Made by a program: the position numbers and the translations under genes. From a virus, in IMG/VR virus record IMGVR_UViG_3300032770_000012, positions 37,194-101,193 of that record: 64,000 bases of DNA; one strand, 5' to 3'. The notes below the pieces were generated by a model. The model did not search any database and was not told where the DNA came from. It saw only the letters and a list, made by a program, of their open reading frames with translations. This document shows positions 33,939 through 43,365 of the stretch, piece by piece (position 1 is the first letter of the stretch; each line of letters opens with the position of its first letter).

Positions 33939-34763
33939 TTATGCCAGCGCTTGCAGATCAGCGGTCAATTGAATCCAATTGAACCCATTTGGGGCCTTTT
34001 TGGTTGCTTTATCGACCGAATCCGGAGACAGCAGTGTGTATAGCTCACCGCCCTCGGATGGCGAAAGATAGCGCGGGAACGTCTCCCAAGTCATCGTCCC
34101 CTTAAGCCCCCACGTTCCGATCTGGACTCCGATGGAATCGAATCCAAAGCCGCAAACGTTATGCCCGTTGTCCGGATCTGGACTCCCTGCCACGTCCCAG
34201 ACGAAACCGGAGGCCGATGGAAATGGGGAGATCCAATCATCCGGCAACTCCAGGCCGATGTCCAGGTTCTCAAATAGCCACAGCGCCGTCTTCATCTCCT
34301 CGATGTTGTTCGGGTCCACCGACACCCATCCAGAGATTCTGTGCTTGGCGGGCAAAGCATGGTGGGGCATGAACCCGTGCGAGTGCTGGAAGGCCAGACT
34401 CGTTTGCATGTCGCACCCATTGTCGGTCGATGGATCTCCGGGAACGTAGCCGCCGATCATGGAGTAGAGATTAACGATCTGTCCATCGGTGAATTCAATC
34501 GGGGCACTCCCGGCATTACCGGTGAACACTCCGACCAGATGTGCTTGGGCCGCAATGACGCAATCTCCGACCGAGTCGTTCATGTAGACTTTTTTCAGCG
34601 CTGGCATGGCGGCGGCGGAATAGTCCACTGAAGCGGGCGGAGCGGGCAAGCTGCGCAACAAGTAGTTCTTCAGCCTCAGAGAAGGGAAGCGAACGGCTGG
34701 CCTCTTTCGGCCAAAGCACACAGTTTGTTTTGTGGTCGGATGCACGATCCGCTTGACTGGCAT
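33939..34763 (-). CDS. Papain-like cysteine peptidase
   Basis: ATG 34763; NDSVGDCVIA (Cys), NGHNVCGFGF (His), GTWG. Confidence 0.75.
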   Translation of the reverse strand: MPVKRIVHPTTKQTVCFGRKRPAVRFPSLRLKNYLLRSLPAPPASVDYSAAAMPALKKVYMNDSVGDCVIAAQAHLVGVFTGNAGSAPIEFTDGQIVNLYSMIGGYVPGDPSTDNGCDMQTSLAFQHSHGFMPHHALPAKHRISGWVSVDPNNIEEMKTALWLFENLDIGLELPDDWISPFPSASGFVWDVAGSPDPDNGHNVCGFGFDSIGVQIGTWGLKGTMTWETFPRYLSPSEGGELYTLLSPDSVDKATKKAPNGFNWIQLTADLQALA

Positions 34764-34777
34764 TTTATTCCTCCCCT

Positions 34778-35359
34778 TCAGATACCGTCTCCGGCACCCT
34801 GCAACTCGCGGGCGGCTTGATCGATCGCAAGATCTCCAGAATACCGGCGAACAGAAACCTTTTCGCGGATGTAGTCCAGAATCTTTTGCATGCTCTCCTC
34901 GGGCGTCTCCCGACCGGCCATGCACTCGACTTCGGGATGAAGCGGGGGCTCGTAAGGATCAGACACGCCGGTAAAGGCCGGTATCTCTCCGGCGCGCGCC
35001 TTGGCGTACATGCCCTTCACATCCCGGCGCTCGCAAATTTCAAGCGGCGTGTTTACGTAGACCTCCACGAACCGCACGTCCTGTTTGCGAATCTCATCGC
35101 GAATCGCCCGATACGGCGAGATCGCCGCGACGATTGCGATAATCCCATGACACGACAGAGATTCGGCCATTATTCCGAGCCGCCGTATGTTTTCGTCGCG
35201 CTCGGCCCGCGTGAACCCCAGTTCCGGCCACAGACGGGCGCGTATTTCGTCGCCATCCAGCAACTCGGCGGCGCATCCATCTTGCCTCAGTTGAGACAAT
35301 AATGCCCTGCCGATGGTTGTTTTTCCGGAGCATGGCAATCCCGTCAAAAACACAATCAC
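34778..35359 (-). CDS. cysC: Adenylyl-sulfate (APS) kinase
   Basis: FLTGLPCSGKTT, LDGDEIR, ENIRR, ISPY, CERRDVKGMYAKARAGEI, FTGVSDPYEPP. Confidence 0.96.
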   Translation of the reverse strand: MIVFLTGLPCSGKTTIGRALLSQLRQDGCAAELLDGDEIRARLWPELGFTRAERDENIRRLGIMAESLSCHGIIAIVAAISPYRAIRDEIRKQDVRFVEVYVNTPLEICERRDVKGMYAKARAGEIPAFTGVSDPYEPPLHPEVECMAGRETPEESMQKILDYIREKVSVRRYSGDLAIDQAARELQGAGDGI

Positions 35360-35559
35360 TTACCGCCCTCCTCTGAGTGCATCAAGGTCACTCGCGATAC
35401 CGGAACTCGGACCATGTTGCCGTGTTCCGTCCTGACCTCCAGCATCAATTCCTGCTCAATTACTTCTCCGGTCAGCGCTGGATGATCCTCGTGTCGTTCG
35501 ATCAACACCCGCTTGCCAACGTAATTACGCCGCATTCTCCGTTTGAATTGTTTTGCCAT
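35356..35559 (-). CDS. Hypothetical protein
   Basis: 67 aa; coupled to cysC. Confidence 0.6.
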   Translation of the reverse strand: MAKQFKRRMRRNYVGKRVLIERHEDHPALTGEVIEQELMLEVRTEHGNMVRVPVSRVTLMHSEEGGK

Positions 35560-35587
35560 TTAGTCCGCCTTTCTAAACCTTCGTTTT

Positions 35588-36985
35588 TCACATTGAACTC
35601 CAGAAGTCGCCGCCCTCCACCTTGCCCTTGGTGGGATTCCTAATCGGGTAAGGAGCATCAGGTGCGGGAACTCCTAGAAATCCGCACAATTCGGTCCAGC
35701 CGGTAGATGCGTCCATATCCATCACCAACAGATCTCGCGGGCGATCTCTGAAATATTCTTTGACTTCCGCGTTGTGGCGTCTATAACGCGCCAGGAATAT
35801 TCGCGGGGAAAAATCCTTTTGGCCATACAACGCTGTATGAATCCGATTGGTGAACGGATAAATATCCCAGAGTTTGCGCGTGGGGTTGTGCTTATAGCTC
35901 CACAGTCCCTCCACGCTTTTGAGCCAATCACGCTCGTTCCGTATGGTCAGAATGAACTTCGATCCGGGATAAGCCCGGTCCAGTTTCCTGTAAAGCAGCG
36001 GAATCGGAAGATCGGACAGCGCATACCACTGCTCCAATGTTTTGGAGCGACCGAGAGCATTCATTTCCTGCCAGATCAACGGGGATTCTCCATTTCCCCA
36101 ATGAAAGCTGTCGAATCCCAGGAGTTGCAACGCTGCGTGGAGAGAACTGGTAGCCGTTTTGTGCATACCAATACCGAATATTCGCGTCGGAATGGGCTTG
36201 AGTTCAATGGGCGTCGATTCGAAATTGCGGTATACAACACCTACTCCGAATTTTCCGTAATTTACGACGGTTTCTGTCCTGGATTCAATGGCTCTCCACT
36301 CCTGGTTATTTTCGTACTGTCTGGCGTGCGGATACTCTTTGAAGCGCACTTCTGCGCTGTGCGGAATAGCATTCAGGTACCGGTTTTCAATGTGCCGCAT
36401 CGAGTAGCCCATGCGCCTGAGGCGATTTATCATGTCGATGTCTTCGCCGTGCCAAGTATCAAAGCTCTCGTCATATCCACCGGCCTTTATGAAGGCGCTG
36501 GACCAGACGGCTAAACGCCCGGCATATCCGCGCTGCGGGCGCTCGGGGCCATGCGGAAGGCTCTTGATGAGCGGGAAGTCCGGACAGAGGAAGATGCCCG
36601 GTACCATTCCTGGTTCCTGGAATTTTTCGGCCACGAATTGGGCGAAGTTCGGTCCTGTGAAGTTGTCGGCGTCCAGCGTGACCAGGATTTGCGCTCCCTC
36701 CAGTATGCCGCAACGGGCGGCTGTATTTTTCGCATGCGAGACGTGAAAGGGGCCTTCAGTAGGGTGAGAGTAGACGACCAGACGGCCAGCCGAGATTGCA
36801 TCGGGGTGTTTGGATCGCAGGCAGTCCAGCAGGCCATCCTTGTCACCGTAGTCCAGAACCACAAATTTGAGGTTCGGGTAGTCGGAGTTGTCGGCTAGGT
36901 TGCGTGGCAGGGTTTGCTCAAGGTGCTGCATCCGGCCCTTGCATGTCGTCGCGAACGCTATGCGCGGAGTACTCATTGAAGCCAT
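35588..36985 (-). CDS. Glycosyltransferase (GT2/GT7C-like) fused to a PAPS-dependent sulfotransferase
   Basis: LDADN DxD, GGYDESFDTWHGEDID; C-terminal 5'-PSB IGMHKTATSSL and 3'-PB FILTIRNERDWLKS. Confidence 0.88.
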   Translation of the reverse strand: MASMSTPRIAFATTCKGRMQHLEQTLPRNLADNSDYPNLKFVVLDYGDKDGLLDCLRSKHPDAISAGRLVVYSHPTEGPFHVSHAKNTAARCGILEGAQILVTLDADNFTGPNFAQFVAEKFQEPGMVPGIFLCPDFPLIKSLPHGPERPQRGYAGRLAVWSSAFIKAGGYDESFDTWHGEDIDMINRLRRMGYSMRHIENRYLNAIPHSAEVRFKEYPHARQYENNQEWRAIESRTETVVNYGKFGVGVVYRNFESTPIELKPIPTRIFGIGMHKTATSSLHAALQLLGFDSFHWGNGESPLIWQEMNALGRSKTLEQWYALSDLPIPLLYRKLDRAYPGSKFILTIRNERDWLKSVEGLWSYKHNPTRKLWDIYPFTNRIHTALYGQKDFSPRIFLARYRRHNAEVKEYFRDRPRDLLVMDMDASTGWTELCGFLGVPAPDAPYPIRNPTKGKVEGGDFWSSM

Positions 36986-37503
36986 TCTGGAACAACTTCG
37001 CGGCTAACAAGTTCCGGGTAAGAAGAATTTTTTATGACAGACTCGATTACAAAATCCCGCATCGCCATGCCGCGCTTGGCGGCTTGATATTTGATGGACC
37101 ATAAGAAATCTTCGGAAACACGCACGGCCAGAATCGAATCCCCAATACCCCTAGCGGAGCGTAGCCTTTCGCCTTCATTAGCGGGCAGGCGGTCCAGGTA
37201 CTTCTCCGACGGACTTTGATTGTTACGCTTTAGACGGTTCGCGAGCGGCCTATAAATATTCATGGCCGTTAACTCGGCCTTTAGGGCTTCGCGGCTATCA
37301 GCGTACCATCCGAGTATCGTGACATAACAAACGCATTCGCGCACCGTGCGCCACCAAGTCGCGTTCCTCCCGCCACTAGACATGGCGCGCAAAATGCTCC
37401 CTTTGCCGATATAAACGAACCCAAGCTCCTCGCAAACATGTGCGTAGACGCAATAGTTTGCCCAAGGCGGGGCATGGAAGGATCTTTTGGATGCTCGGGC
37501 CAT
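36973..37503 (-). CDS. GIY-YIG domain fused to a C-terminal RHH domain
   Basis: YCVYAH...FVYIGKG...RA...EALKAE...PLAN; tail KYQAAKRGMAMRDFVIESV. Confidence 0.75.
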   Translation of the reverse strand: MARASKRSFHAPPWANYCVYAHVCEELGFVYIGKGSILRAMSSGGRNATWWRTVRECVCYVTILGWYADSREALKAELTAMNIYRPLANRLKRNNQSPSEKYLDRLPANEGERLRSARGIGDSILAVRVSEDFLWSIKYQAAKRGMAMRDFVIESVIKNSSYPELVSREVVPEWLQ

Positions 37504-37505
37504 CC

Positions 37506-37700
37506 TCAGTACTCTCCTTGGCTGTTCTTAAGAATTGATTCAACCACCCATTCTCTGGCAGTCATATCGCGCTTGGCCGATTCGATCTTGACGATTTGGA
37601 GTAGAGCAGAACGAACGCCAGCGATCGCCAGCGTGCGCCTGCCTTTATCTTCCTGCTCAAGCAGAAACTTGTGAACTTCGGACCTAGTGGGATTTTCCAC
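37506..37700 (-). CDS. Ribbon-helix-helix regulator
   Basis: TLAIAGVRSALLQIVKIESAKRDMTAREWVVESI. Confidence 0.65.
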   Translation of the reverse strand: MENPTRSEVHKFLLEQEDKGRRTLAIAGVRSALLQIVKIESAKRDMTAREWVVESILKNSQGEY

Positions 37701-37970
37701 GTCGGAAGCACGAGTCTAACGCCGCCGTTGACTAAAGTCAACGGTCTATTGTCTGTCACGAAAGTGAAATTATTTCTCCTTTCTTTTCAGTGACGATTTC
37801 CGGCTAAGTTATTGATCCATTCCAGAACCGCTATCACCGGACCCAATGTTCATCGCATTGCAAGTGCCAGCTTTTGGCCGATAAGTCTTTTACTTGCATC
37901 CTAGCGGAGAGTAACTATCCGTGTTTTCATGGACCTGTCCGTATAATAGAGCAGGAGATGACACAGCTTT

Positions 37971-38195
37971 ATGACAACACTAGGATGCAAGATAAAGAGG
38001 CAACTGCCGAGGCCGATCGACCGGCGAGACTGGGTTATAGAACTCGATCCGATCGGCATTGCCTTCCGGCGCAAGGGCAGCCCCAGGCGGTTCCTGATCG
38101 GATGGGACTCGGTCTGGAACCGCGCCATGGAGATCGCTGCCGAGCAGCTTCGCAAGGAGCGAGCCGCCGCGCGCAAGGCACGGAGGTCCAGATGA
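37971..38195 (+). CDS. Hypothetical phage protein
   Basis: AGGAG RBS; TATAAT at 37942. Confidence 0.7.
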   Translation: MTTLGCKIKRQLPRPIDRRDWVIELDPIGIAFRRKGSPRRFLIGWDSVWNRAMEIAAEQLRKERAAARKARRSR

Positions 38196-38782
38196 TCAGA
38201 CTGTACAACCATACGCGGTACTCGGACTCCTTGCTGCGAGAGATCTTTAACTTTGCGGCGCGATGCGCAGGAGTGTCCGGAGACGTGCCGGTAAAGATCA
38301 ACTATTGCAGGCGACGGCTATGCGGCGCGGGCTATGCTTATCGGAACTATCCGTACCGCAAGACGCTGATCGGCAGGCCCAGCACAAGTCGCGACAAGCG
38401 CTTGCTTAAATGCCCTGTCGGTTGGATCGAGATGCGTCTTCCGTGCGTTCTTGTGGATGCTTGGCACAAAGCCAACAATACTAGTCTATCCGATCCGGAC
38501 AAGAATGCGTTGGTCGCCGCCGAATGGTTCGTGGATGTGGCGATTCACGAGATGGCGCATATCCGGCAGTTTCGGGAAGGGACGAAGCCTGTCGGCTATT
38601 ATGGCAAGCGGGTAGCGGGCGGGACGCGCCGCGACCGGCATGACTCTCGACCCTGCGAGGTTGACGCCGAGAATACCGTGGATGCCGTTCGGGATAATCG
38701 CTCACGCGATCGGCGCCGTCAGGAGTTGGCCCTTAAGCTAGCCTTGGAGTTGCTGGCGGCTGATGTTGGTACTACTTCCTAG
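38192..38782 (+). CDS. HEXXH zincin-like metallopeptidase
   Basis: ATG 38192; AIHEMAHIRQ with downstream EVDAE. Confidence 0.7.
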   Translation: MIRLYNHTRYSDSLLREIFNFAARCAGVSGDVPVKINYCRRRLCGAGYAYRNYPYRKTLIGRPSTSRDKRLLKCPVGWIEMRLPCVLVDAWHKANNTSLSDPDKNALVAAEWFVDVAIHEMAHIRQFREGTKPVGYYGKRVAGGTRRDRHDSRPCEVDAENTVDAVRDNRSRDRRRQELALKLALELLAADVGTTS

Positions 38783-38815
38783 TTGACACAGCGGCGGTTT
38801 TCGGGCAATCTGGAG

Positions 38816-38892
38816 TTGCCGACCGCTCTAACAAGCACCAAGTTCCGATGAGAACACGCCCGGTCAACCAAAGGCCGGGCGTTGGTGTTTTT
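38816..38892 (+). ncRNA. Putative C4-like antisense small RNA
   Basis: TTGACA-17-CAATCT upstream; three-way junction ending in a GC stem and T-run; 5' 19 nt complementary to 38973-38990. Confidence 0.55.
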
Positions 38893-39024
38893 GGGCGCGT
38901 AAAATTTTATTATTGACACGTTTCAGCGAGCGGGGGTAGACTGTTTTCCGTAGCTAATTTCATCTCTCTGTTTTGTTAGAGGGTTGGCAAACCAACAAAA
39001 CAGACCGGTCGGAGGAGTGTCTCT

Positions 39025-40251
39025 ATGGCACATGTCGGGGAGCGGTATTGTTCTCAAGAACTTCAGGGGTTCACTCCTATTCCAGATTGGATCTCTCGAA
39101 TACCAGAGGAGCGTCTGTGCTGGAACGAGAAAGCACTTCTGGCTAGGTTGCAGCGTTACGGTCAGGCGACTGGAGAAATTTTCCCGGCCATAGAGTCCTT
39201 GGCTCGTGAACTCGGGTTGAGCCAACGTACGATCTGGAGATACCTCGGGTCGCTCAAGGGCAAGAAATTCATTGAGCGCGAAAGGTGCCAGAATTCTCCA
39301 AGCCGTTTCTTCCTTGTCCGAACCTCGGAAACTCCTGAAAACACAGAAACCGCCAACCCTGGCGGTTCTGGTTTGGCAACTGCCAACCCTGGCGGTTCGG
39401 AACTGCCAACCGTGGCGGTTGCTACCATTAGTAGTGAAGATACAAGCCTAAAAGAGAATACCCCCTATAAGCCCCCCTCCCAGAAAATTCAGAATCAAAA
39501 CCTAATACCGGGAGAAGCAAACGCCTCTGGAGAGGAAGTGTGTAATGTGCTCAACAGGACTCCCCGCATCAAGCGTCTGAACAAAGCTGAGCGCACAGCC
39601 GTAGTTGAGCGGGCTTCAGCCGTTCTCATTCCGGTTTCTGACTGGGAGCGCCACGCGACGGCGTATGCACTCTCCGATTTCGCCCGCGAGCATGACTGGA
39701 AAATCCATTTTTTCTTGAAAAACCCGACATCCTGGGTCCCATCTTACGAGCCTTCCCCTCAGCAAACCCCCAATCCCGCTGTTGCGCCCGCCCCAAGGCT
39801 GCCGGATTCACCGGAGCCCCAAGCATCGCCCAGTCATCTCCCGGCTCAGGTGACCGTGCCAATTGGCGAGAGCGGGTTGCCGGTGCCGGTCGAGATGTGG
39901 AATCGATTGGTTCCGTCCGGGGTTAAAATCACGTTCTGGGAATTCTCCAACGGCAACCATGCCGCCCTGAAAGCCGCGTGGTCGAACGAGCGGTACCGGT
40001 CGAACTTTGAGACGATGTGCGTGAAAGCCGAGCCGATTATCAAGGCCCTGGGACCCGAAGTCTGGTGGTTAAATTTCTTCTGGCTTCTCAGGCCGGACAA
40101 CTGGCAAAAGCTGCTATCCGGAGTCATGGACGGTATGCCGAAGAAGAATCGCCAGCAAGCGCCAGCCAGACTATCGCGAGAGGCCGAGGGTCTAGCGGCG
40201 ACCGAGCGCGCCAAAAAACTAGTGGAGGAGCAATTCAGTGGAAGCAAGTAA
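39025..40251 (+). CDS. Phage replication initiator (N-terminal winged HTH, HTH_36-like)
   Basis: FTPIPDWI...IFPAIESLARELGLSQRTIWRYLGSL...FIER; upstream of dnaB; GGAGGAG RBS. Confidence 0.85.
   Translation: MAHVGERYCSQELQGFTPIPDWISRIPEERLCWNEKALLARLQRYGQATGEIFPAIESLARELGLSQRTIWRYLGSLKGKKFIERERCQNSPSRFFLVRTSETPENTETANPGGSGLATANPGGSELPTVAVATISSEDTSLKENTPYKPPSQKIQNQNLIPGEANASGEEVCNVLNRTPRIKRLNKAERTAVVERASAVLIPVSDWERHATAYALSDFAREHDWKIHFFLKNPTSWVPSYEPSPQQTPNPAVAPAPRLPDSPEPQASPSHLPAQVTVPIGESGLPVPVEMWNRLVPSGVKITFWEFSNGNHAALKAAWSNERYRSNFETMCVKAEPIIKALGPEVWWLNFFWLLRPDNWQKLLSGVMDGMPKKNRQQAPARLSREAEGLAATERAKKLVEEQFSGSK
39348..39420. repeat. Three palindromic 20-bp iterons (probable origin inside the initiator gene)
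   Basis: AACYGCCAACCSTGGCGGTT at 39348, 39378 and 39401; A-rich tract follows. Confidence 0.85.
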
Positions 40252-40627
40252 AGAAAATATCGGCATGTTGCTTGACCGCCTCAGTATGCTGGCGGCTTTG
40301 CCGAATTACCCCAAGGACGAGAGGATTCTAGCGGACATCGCCCGCCGTATGTGCAAGTTTCTGCACAACCGCGACCGCAACGAAGTCGTCCGCGAATTTC
40401 GTCACAAAGAGGGCCTGGATGTTTTTCCGGAATTGCGGATACCCGAGATTGAAGGCCCCGGACCGAACGACATCGATCAGTTTTTCGACATACTCAGCGA
40501 GACGTGCGAGTTTTTTCCGCCACTCATCAAAATGCGCGAACTTCACGAACGGGTCTGTCGGAATGCCGATGGAGTGACAGCCGGGGAACTGCTCTCCAGA
40601 TACCACTCGGTGAGCGAAGGCGAATAA
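40238..40627 (+). CDS. Hypothetical replication-module protein
   Basis: Overlaps the initiator; CEFFPPLIKMRE recalls loader-type proteins. Confidence 0.65.
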   Translation: MEASKENIGMLLDRLSMLAALPNYPKDERILADIARRMCKFLHNRDRNEVVREFRHKEGLDVFPELRIPEIEGPGPNDIDQFFDILSETCEFFPPLIKMRELHERVCRNADGVTAGELLSRYHSVSEGE

Positions 40628-40630
40628 ACC

Positions 40631-40954
40631 ATGGCGTCCAGATCTGGATTTTCGCTACAAGCGTTCGCCGAGCGTCCGGTGACCCTATCCATCCTTCGGG
40701 ACAACGGCGGTCTTTCTGGGCGATGTTATTGCTGCCGGGCAGCAGGTTTAAGCGGCAAGCGCGACGGCTTTCCGTGCGGTTGCAACCATGCACCGGACGG
40801 GGATTGTCCGGTATGCCGCAAATGTTCGGTCCATTGCCACTGCCGGAAGGCGGACATCCTGGAGCGGCTTCGGCGGGCCGTGCGGGACGGAAGATCCGGC
40901 ATGGAGAGCAGATTGAGGCAGCACCTGGAGCGCCGGGGAGGACACAGGCAATGA
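40631..40954 (+). CDS. Cys-rich hypothetical protein
   Basis: CYCC, CGCNH, CPVCRKCSVHCHC. Confidence 0.6.
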   Translation: MASRSGFSLQAFAERPVTLSILRDNGGLSGRCYCCRAAGLSGKRDGFPCGCNHAPDGDCPVCRKCSVHCHCRKADILERLRRAVRDGRSGMESRLRQHLERRGGHRQ

Positions 40955-41241
40955 AGATCAAGGCCGTAACGAAGTTTCAAGCCACATCGGGGAATACGTG
41001 CCTGGTGGGCGTATTCCAAGCTGCCGTGAATCACAAGACCGGACAGTACCGCATGACGCTGGTGGTCGAATGGGAGCACCAATCGAGTCCGCAGGACGAC
41101 AAGGAATTCGAGGTGTGGTGGCAACAGGCGACACATTGCAACGTGGAGGCCAACGTGAAGGCAAGCGGTTTGAGAGAGGTTTCCCAGATCGCTTCGCAAT
41201 TCGCGCTGACCGGCAGGGCGTCGAACCCGAAGATGAACTGA
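40951..41241 (+). CDS. Hypothetical protein
   Basis: ATG 40951, ATGA overlap. Confidence 0.6.
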   Translation: MKIKAVTKFQATSGNTCLVGVFQAAVNHKTGQYRMTLVVEWEHQSSPQDDKEFEVWWQQATHCNVEANVKASGLREVSQIASQFALTGRASNPKMN

Positions 41242-41525
41242 CATGACTGACCTGAACAGAATCCGAGAACTCTACCGGGATGGCGCATCCCTGGGTGATT
41301 TGATGCGCGACTACGGGCCGGACCAAGTTGAGCGGGCCCTGGGCGCAAAGACCATTGAGGACCAGATCGCGATACCGGATGATGAGGTAGACATCGATGG
41401 ATAATAACGATCTTGCCGGGCGTGAGGCGAATCCGGATCTGTCACCAGGGGCGATTGACAGACGCCCGACCGGAGGAAGTACCGCGCCCGGCAAAGGGGC
41501 CGCAAAGGCCAGATAGCCCCTTGCG

Positions 41526-42920
41526 ATGGCCTCTAGGAAACGTGATGAATTCAGCGCCGCTACCGCGCCTGTCGATCTCGCTCTTGATCGAGGCTGGCCC
41601 CAAAACCACGATGCCGAGCGCTACGTTTTAGGCGCAATCCTGATGGACGAGCAGAACTACTCCCAAGTCGCAAGCGCGCTGAAGCCTCAGGCTTTCAGTC
41701 TTGAATCTCATCGCCGCATCTTTCTGCGCATGGGGGAGCTTTACGAACGCCGCGAGAAGATCGACCGCGTCACGCTCGCCAACGAACTGAAGCGGAAAGG
41801 CCAGCTTGAATCGGTTGGCGGGGTGACGTATATCGTTTCTCTGGACGATGGCTTGCCGGTTCTATCGAATCTCGACGCCTATATCCGGATCGTGAAAGAG
41901 AAGGCCGAACTCCGATTGGTCATTATGACGGCGCAGAAGTCGATCGATCGGGCGCTCACCGATAGCGAATCGGCCAAGGACATCTGGGAGTCGGCCCGCG
42001 AGGAATTGCAGGACCTGGGTAGCAACGGGGACTCTTCCGGGCTGAGTTCCCCATCGGCCATTGTGGAAGACTTCGCGGGCGGAGTGAACGTTTTCCTCGA
42101 TCCCATCAAGCGGCCAGCGGGAGTAAAAACCGGGTTTACCAAGTTCGATGAGATGACGGGCGGGCTGCGAGGGGGAGAACTGATTATTGTAGGCGCAAGG
42201 CCGGGACACGGAAAAACCGCCTTTTGTTGCAACATCGCCACGCACATATCCATTGGATCGCAGGGATTGGCTACAGCCATCTTTTCTTTAGAAATGAGCA
42301 AGCCATCTCTCCTGGATCGAATGGTATGCGCGGTCGCCAGGGTAGATAGCCAAAAGTTTCGGGCTGGATATTTGAGCAAGGATGAACGGGCGCGTCTGAT
42401 GAAGGCGCTGGCCCAATTATCACAATCCCCTCTTTTCATAGACGATAACTCCTCTACCTCTTTGGCTTATTTGGAATCTCGTGTTCGCAAATTGCAACGC
42501 GAGAAACCTATAGGACTCGTTGCGGTCGATTACCTGCAATTGATGAGCGTGCCGGGAAGATTCGAAACCCGAACGCTTCAGGTTGGGCATTTGACTCGCG
42601 GCCTCAAGTTGCTGGCTAAAGAATTGAACCTGCCGTTCATGGTGTTGAGCCAACTTGGTAGATCCGCCGAAAAGCGAGGAATAAAAGAAAGGCCGGTCCT
42701 TTCCGATCTCAGAGAGTCGGGCTCTCAAGAAGCCGACGCGGACGTGGTTGTCCTGCTTTTCAGGGAAGAACTTTACAAGCCCTCCGATGAAAATCGCGGC
42801 CTTGCTGAGATAGGACTTGTCAAGCAACGATCCGGGCCAACCGGCTGGTGGAAGATGACGTTTCTGGCTAATATCACCCAATTTGGAGATTACGCTAGGT
42901 ATGATGAGCCCCCTCAGTAA
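41526..42920 (+). CDS. dnaB: Replicative DNA helicase DnaB
   Basis: AERYVLGAIL, GARPGHGKT, FSLEM, VDYLQLM, LSQL, RPVLSDLRESG, KQRSGPTG. Confidence 0.97.
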   Translation: MASRKRDEFSAATAPVDLALDRGWPQNHDAERYVLGAILMDEQNYSQVASALKPQAFSLESHRRIFLRMGELYERREKIDRVTLANELKRKGQLESVGGVTYIVSLDDGLPVLSNLDAYIRIVKEKAELRLVIMTAQKSIDRALTDSESAKDIWESAREELQDLGSNGDSSGLSSPSAIVEDFAGGVNVFLDPIKRPAGVKTGFTKFDEMTGGLRGGELIIVGARPGHGKTAFCCNIATHISIGSQGLATAIFSLEMSKPSLLDRMVCAVARVDSQKFRAGYLSKDERARLMKALAQLSQSPLFIDDNSSTSLAYLESRVRKLQREKPIGLVAVDYLQLMSVPGRFETRTLQVGHLTRGLKLLAKELNLPFMVLSQLGRSAEKRGIKERPVLSDLRESGSQEADADVVVLLFREELYKPSDENRGLAEIGLVKQRSGPTGWWKMTFLANITQFGDYARYDEPPQ

Positions 42921-43365
42921 GACGGTCGCATACGCGGTTCGACGGGATCGGGAAATGCAGGCGGTAGCCCGCGAGGAGCGCCAGTCCAGGTCGCGCCGGA
43001 ACGCCACGCCGGATCAAGATCTCTGGAAGATCCTGGAGACGCTCAGGACCGACCTGAATAGCGCCATCGATCGTGCCCTGGCATCCATAGCCAGGGAAAG
43101 AAGCAAACGCACCGCAATCCCCGGTCACGTCATGGACCTTATTGTGGCGGCTGCGGGCCTGGAGCGCGTACCGGTCGAGCTTGTCATTCAGCCACGCGGC
43201 AGAGGACGCAATTACGATCCGGTTGTACAGGCCCGCCGAAGGGTAGCCATGGCCCTGCGAGCGAAGGGGTTGTCCTATCCGCTCATCGGGAGCTATCTGA
43301 ATGTGCATCACAGCAGTGTTATGCACTTGTGCAAGGAGACGAAATGTCCAGATCTGGACAAATGA
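42901..43365 (+). CDS. DnaA C-terminal-like HTH protein
   Basis: VVQARRRVAMALRAKGLSYPLIGSYLNVHHSSVMH. Confidence 0.8.
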   Translation: MMSPLSKTVAYAVRRDREMQAVAREERQSRSRRNATPDQDLWKILETLRTDLNSAIDRALASIARERSKRTAIPGHVMDLIVAAAGLERVPVELVIQPRGRGRNYDPVVQARRRVAMALRAKGLSYPLIGSYLNVHHSSVMHLCKETKCPDLDK

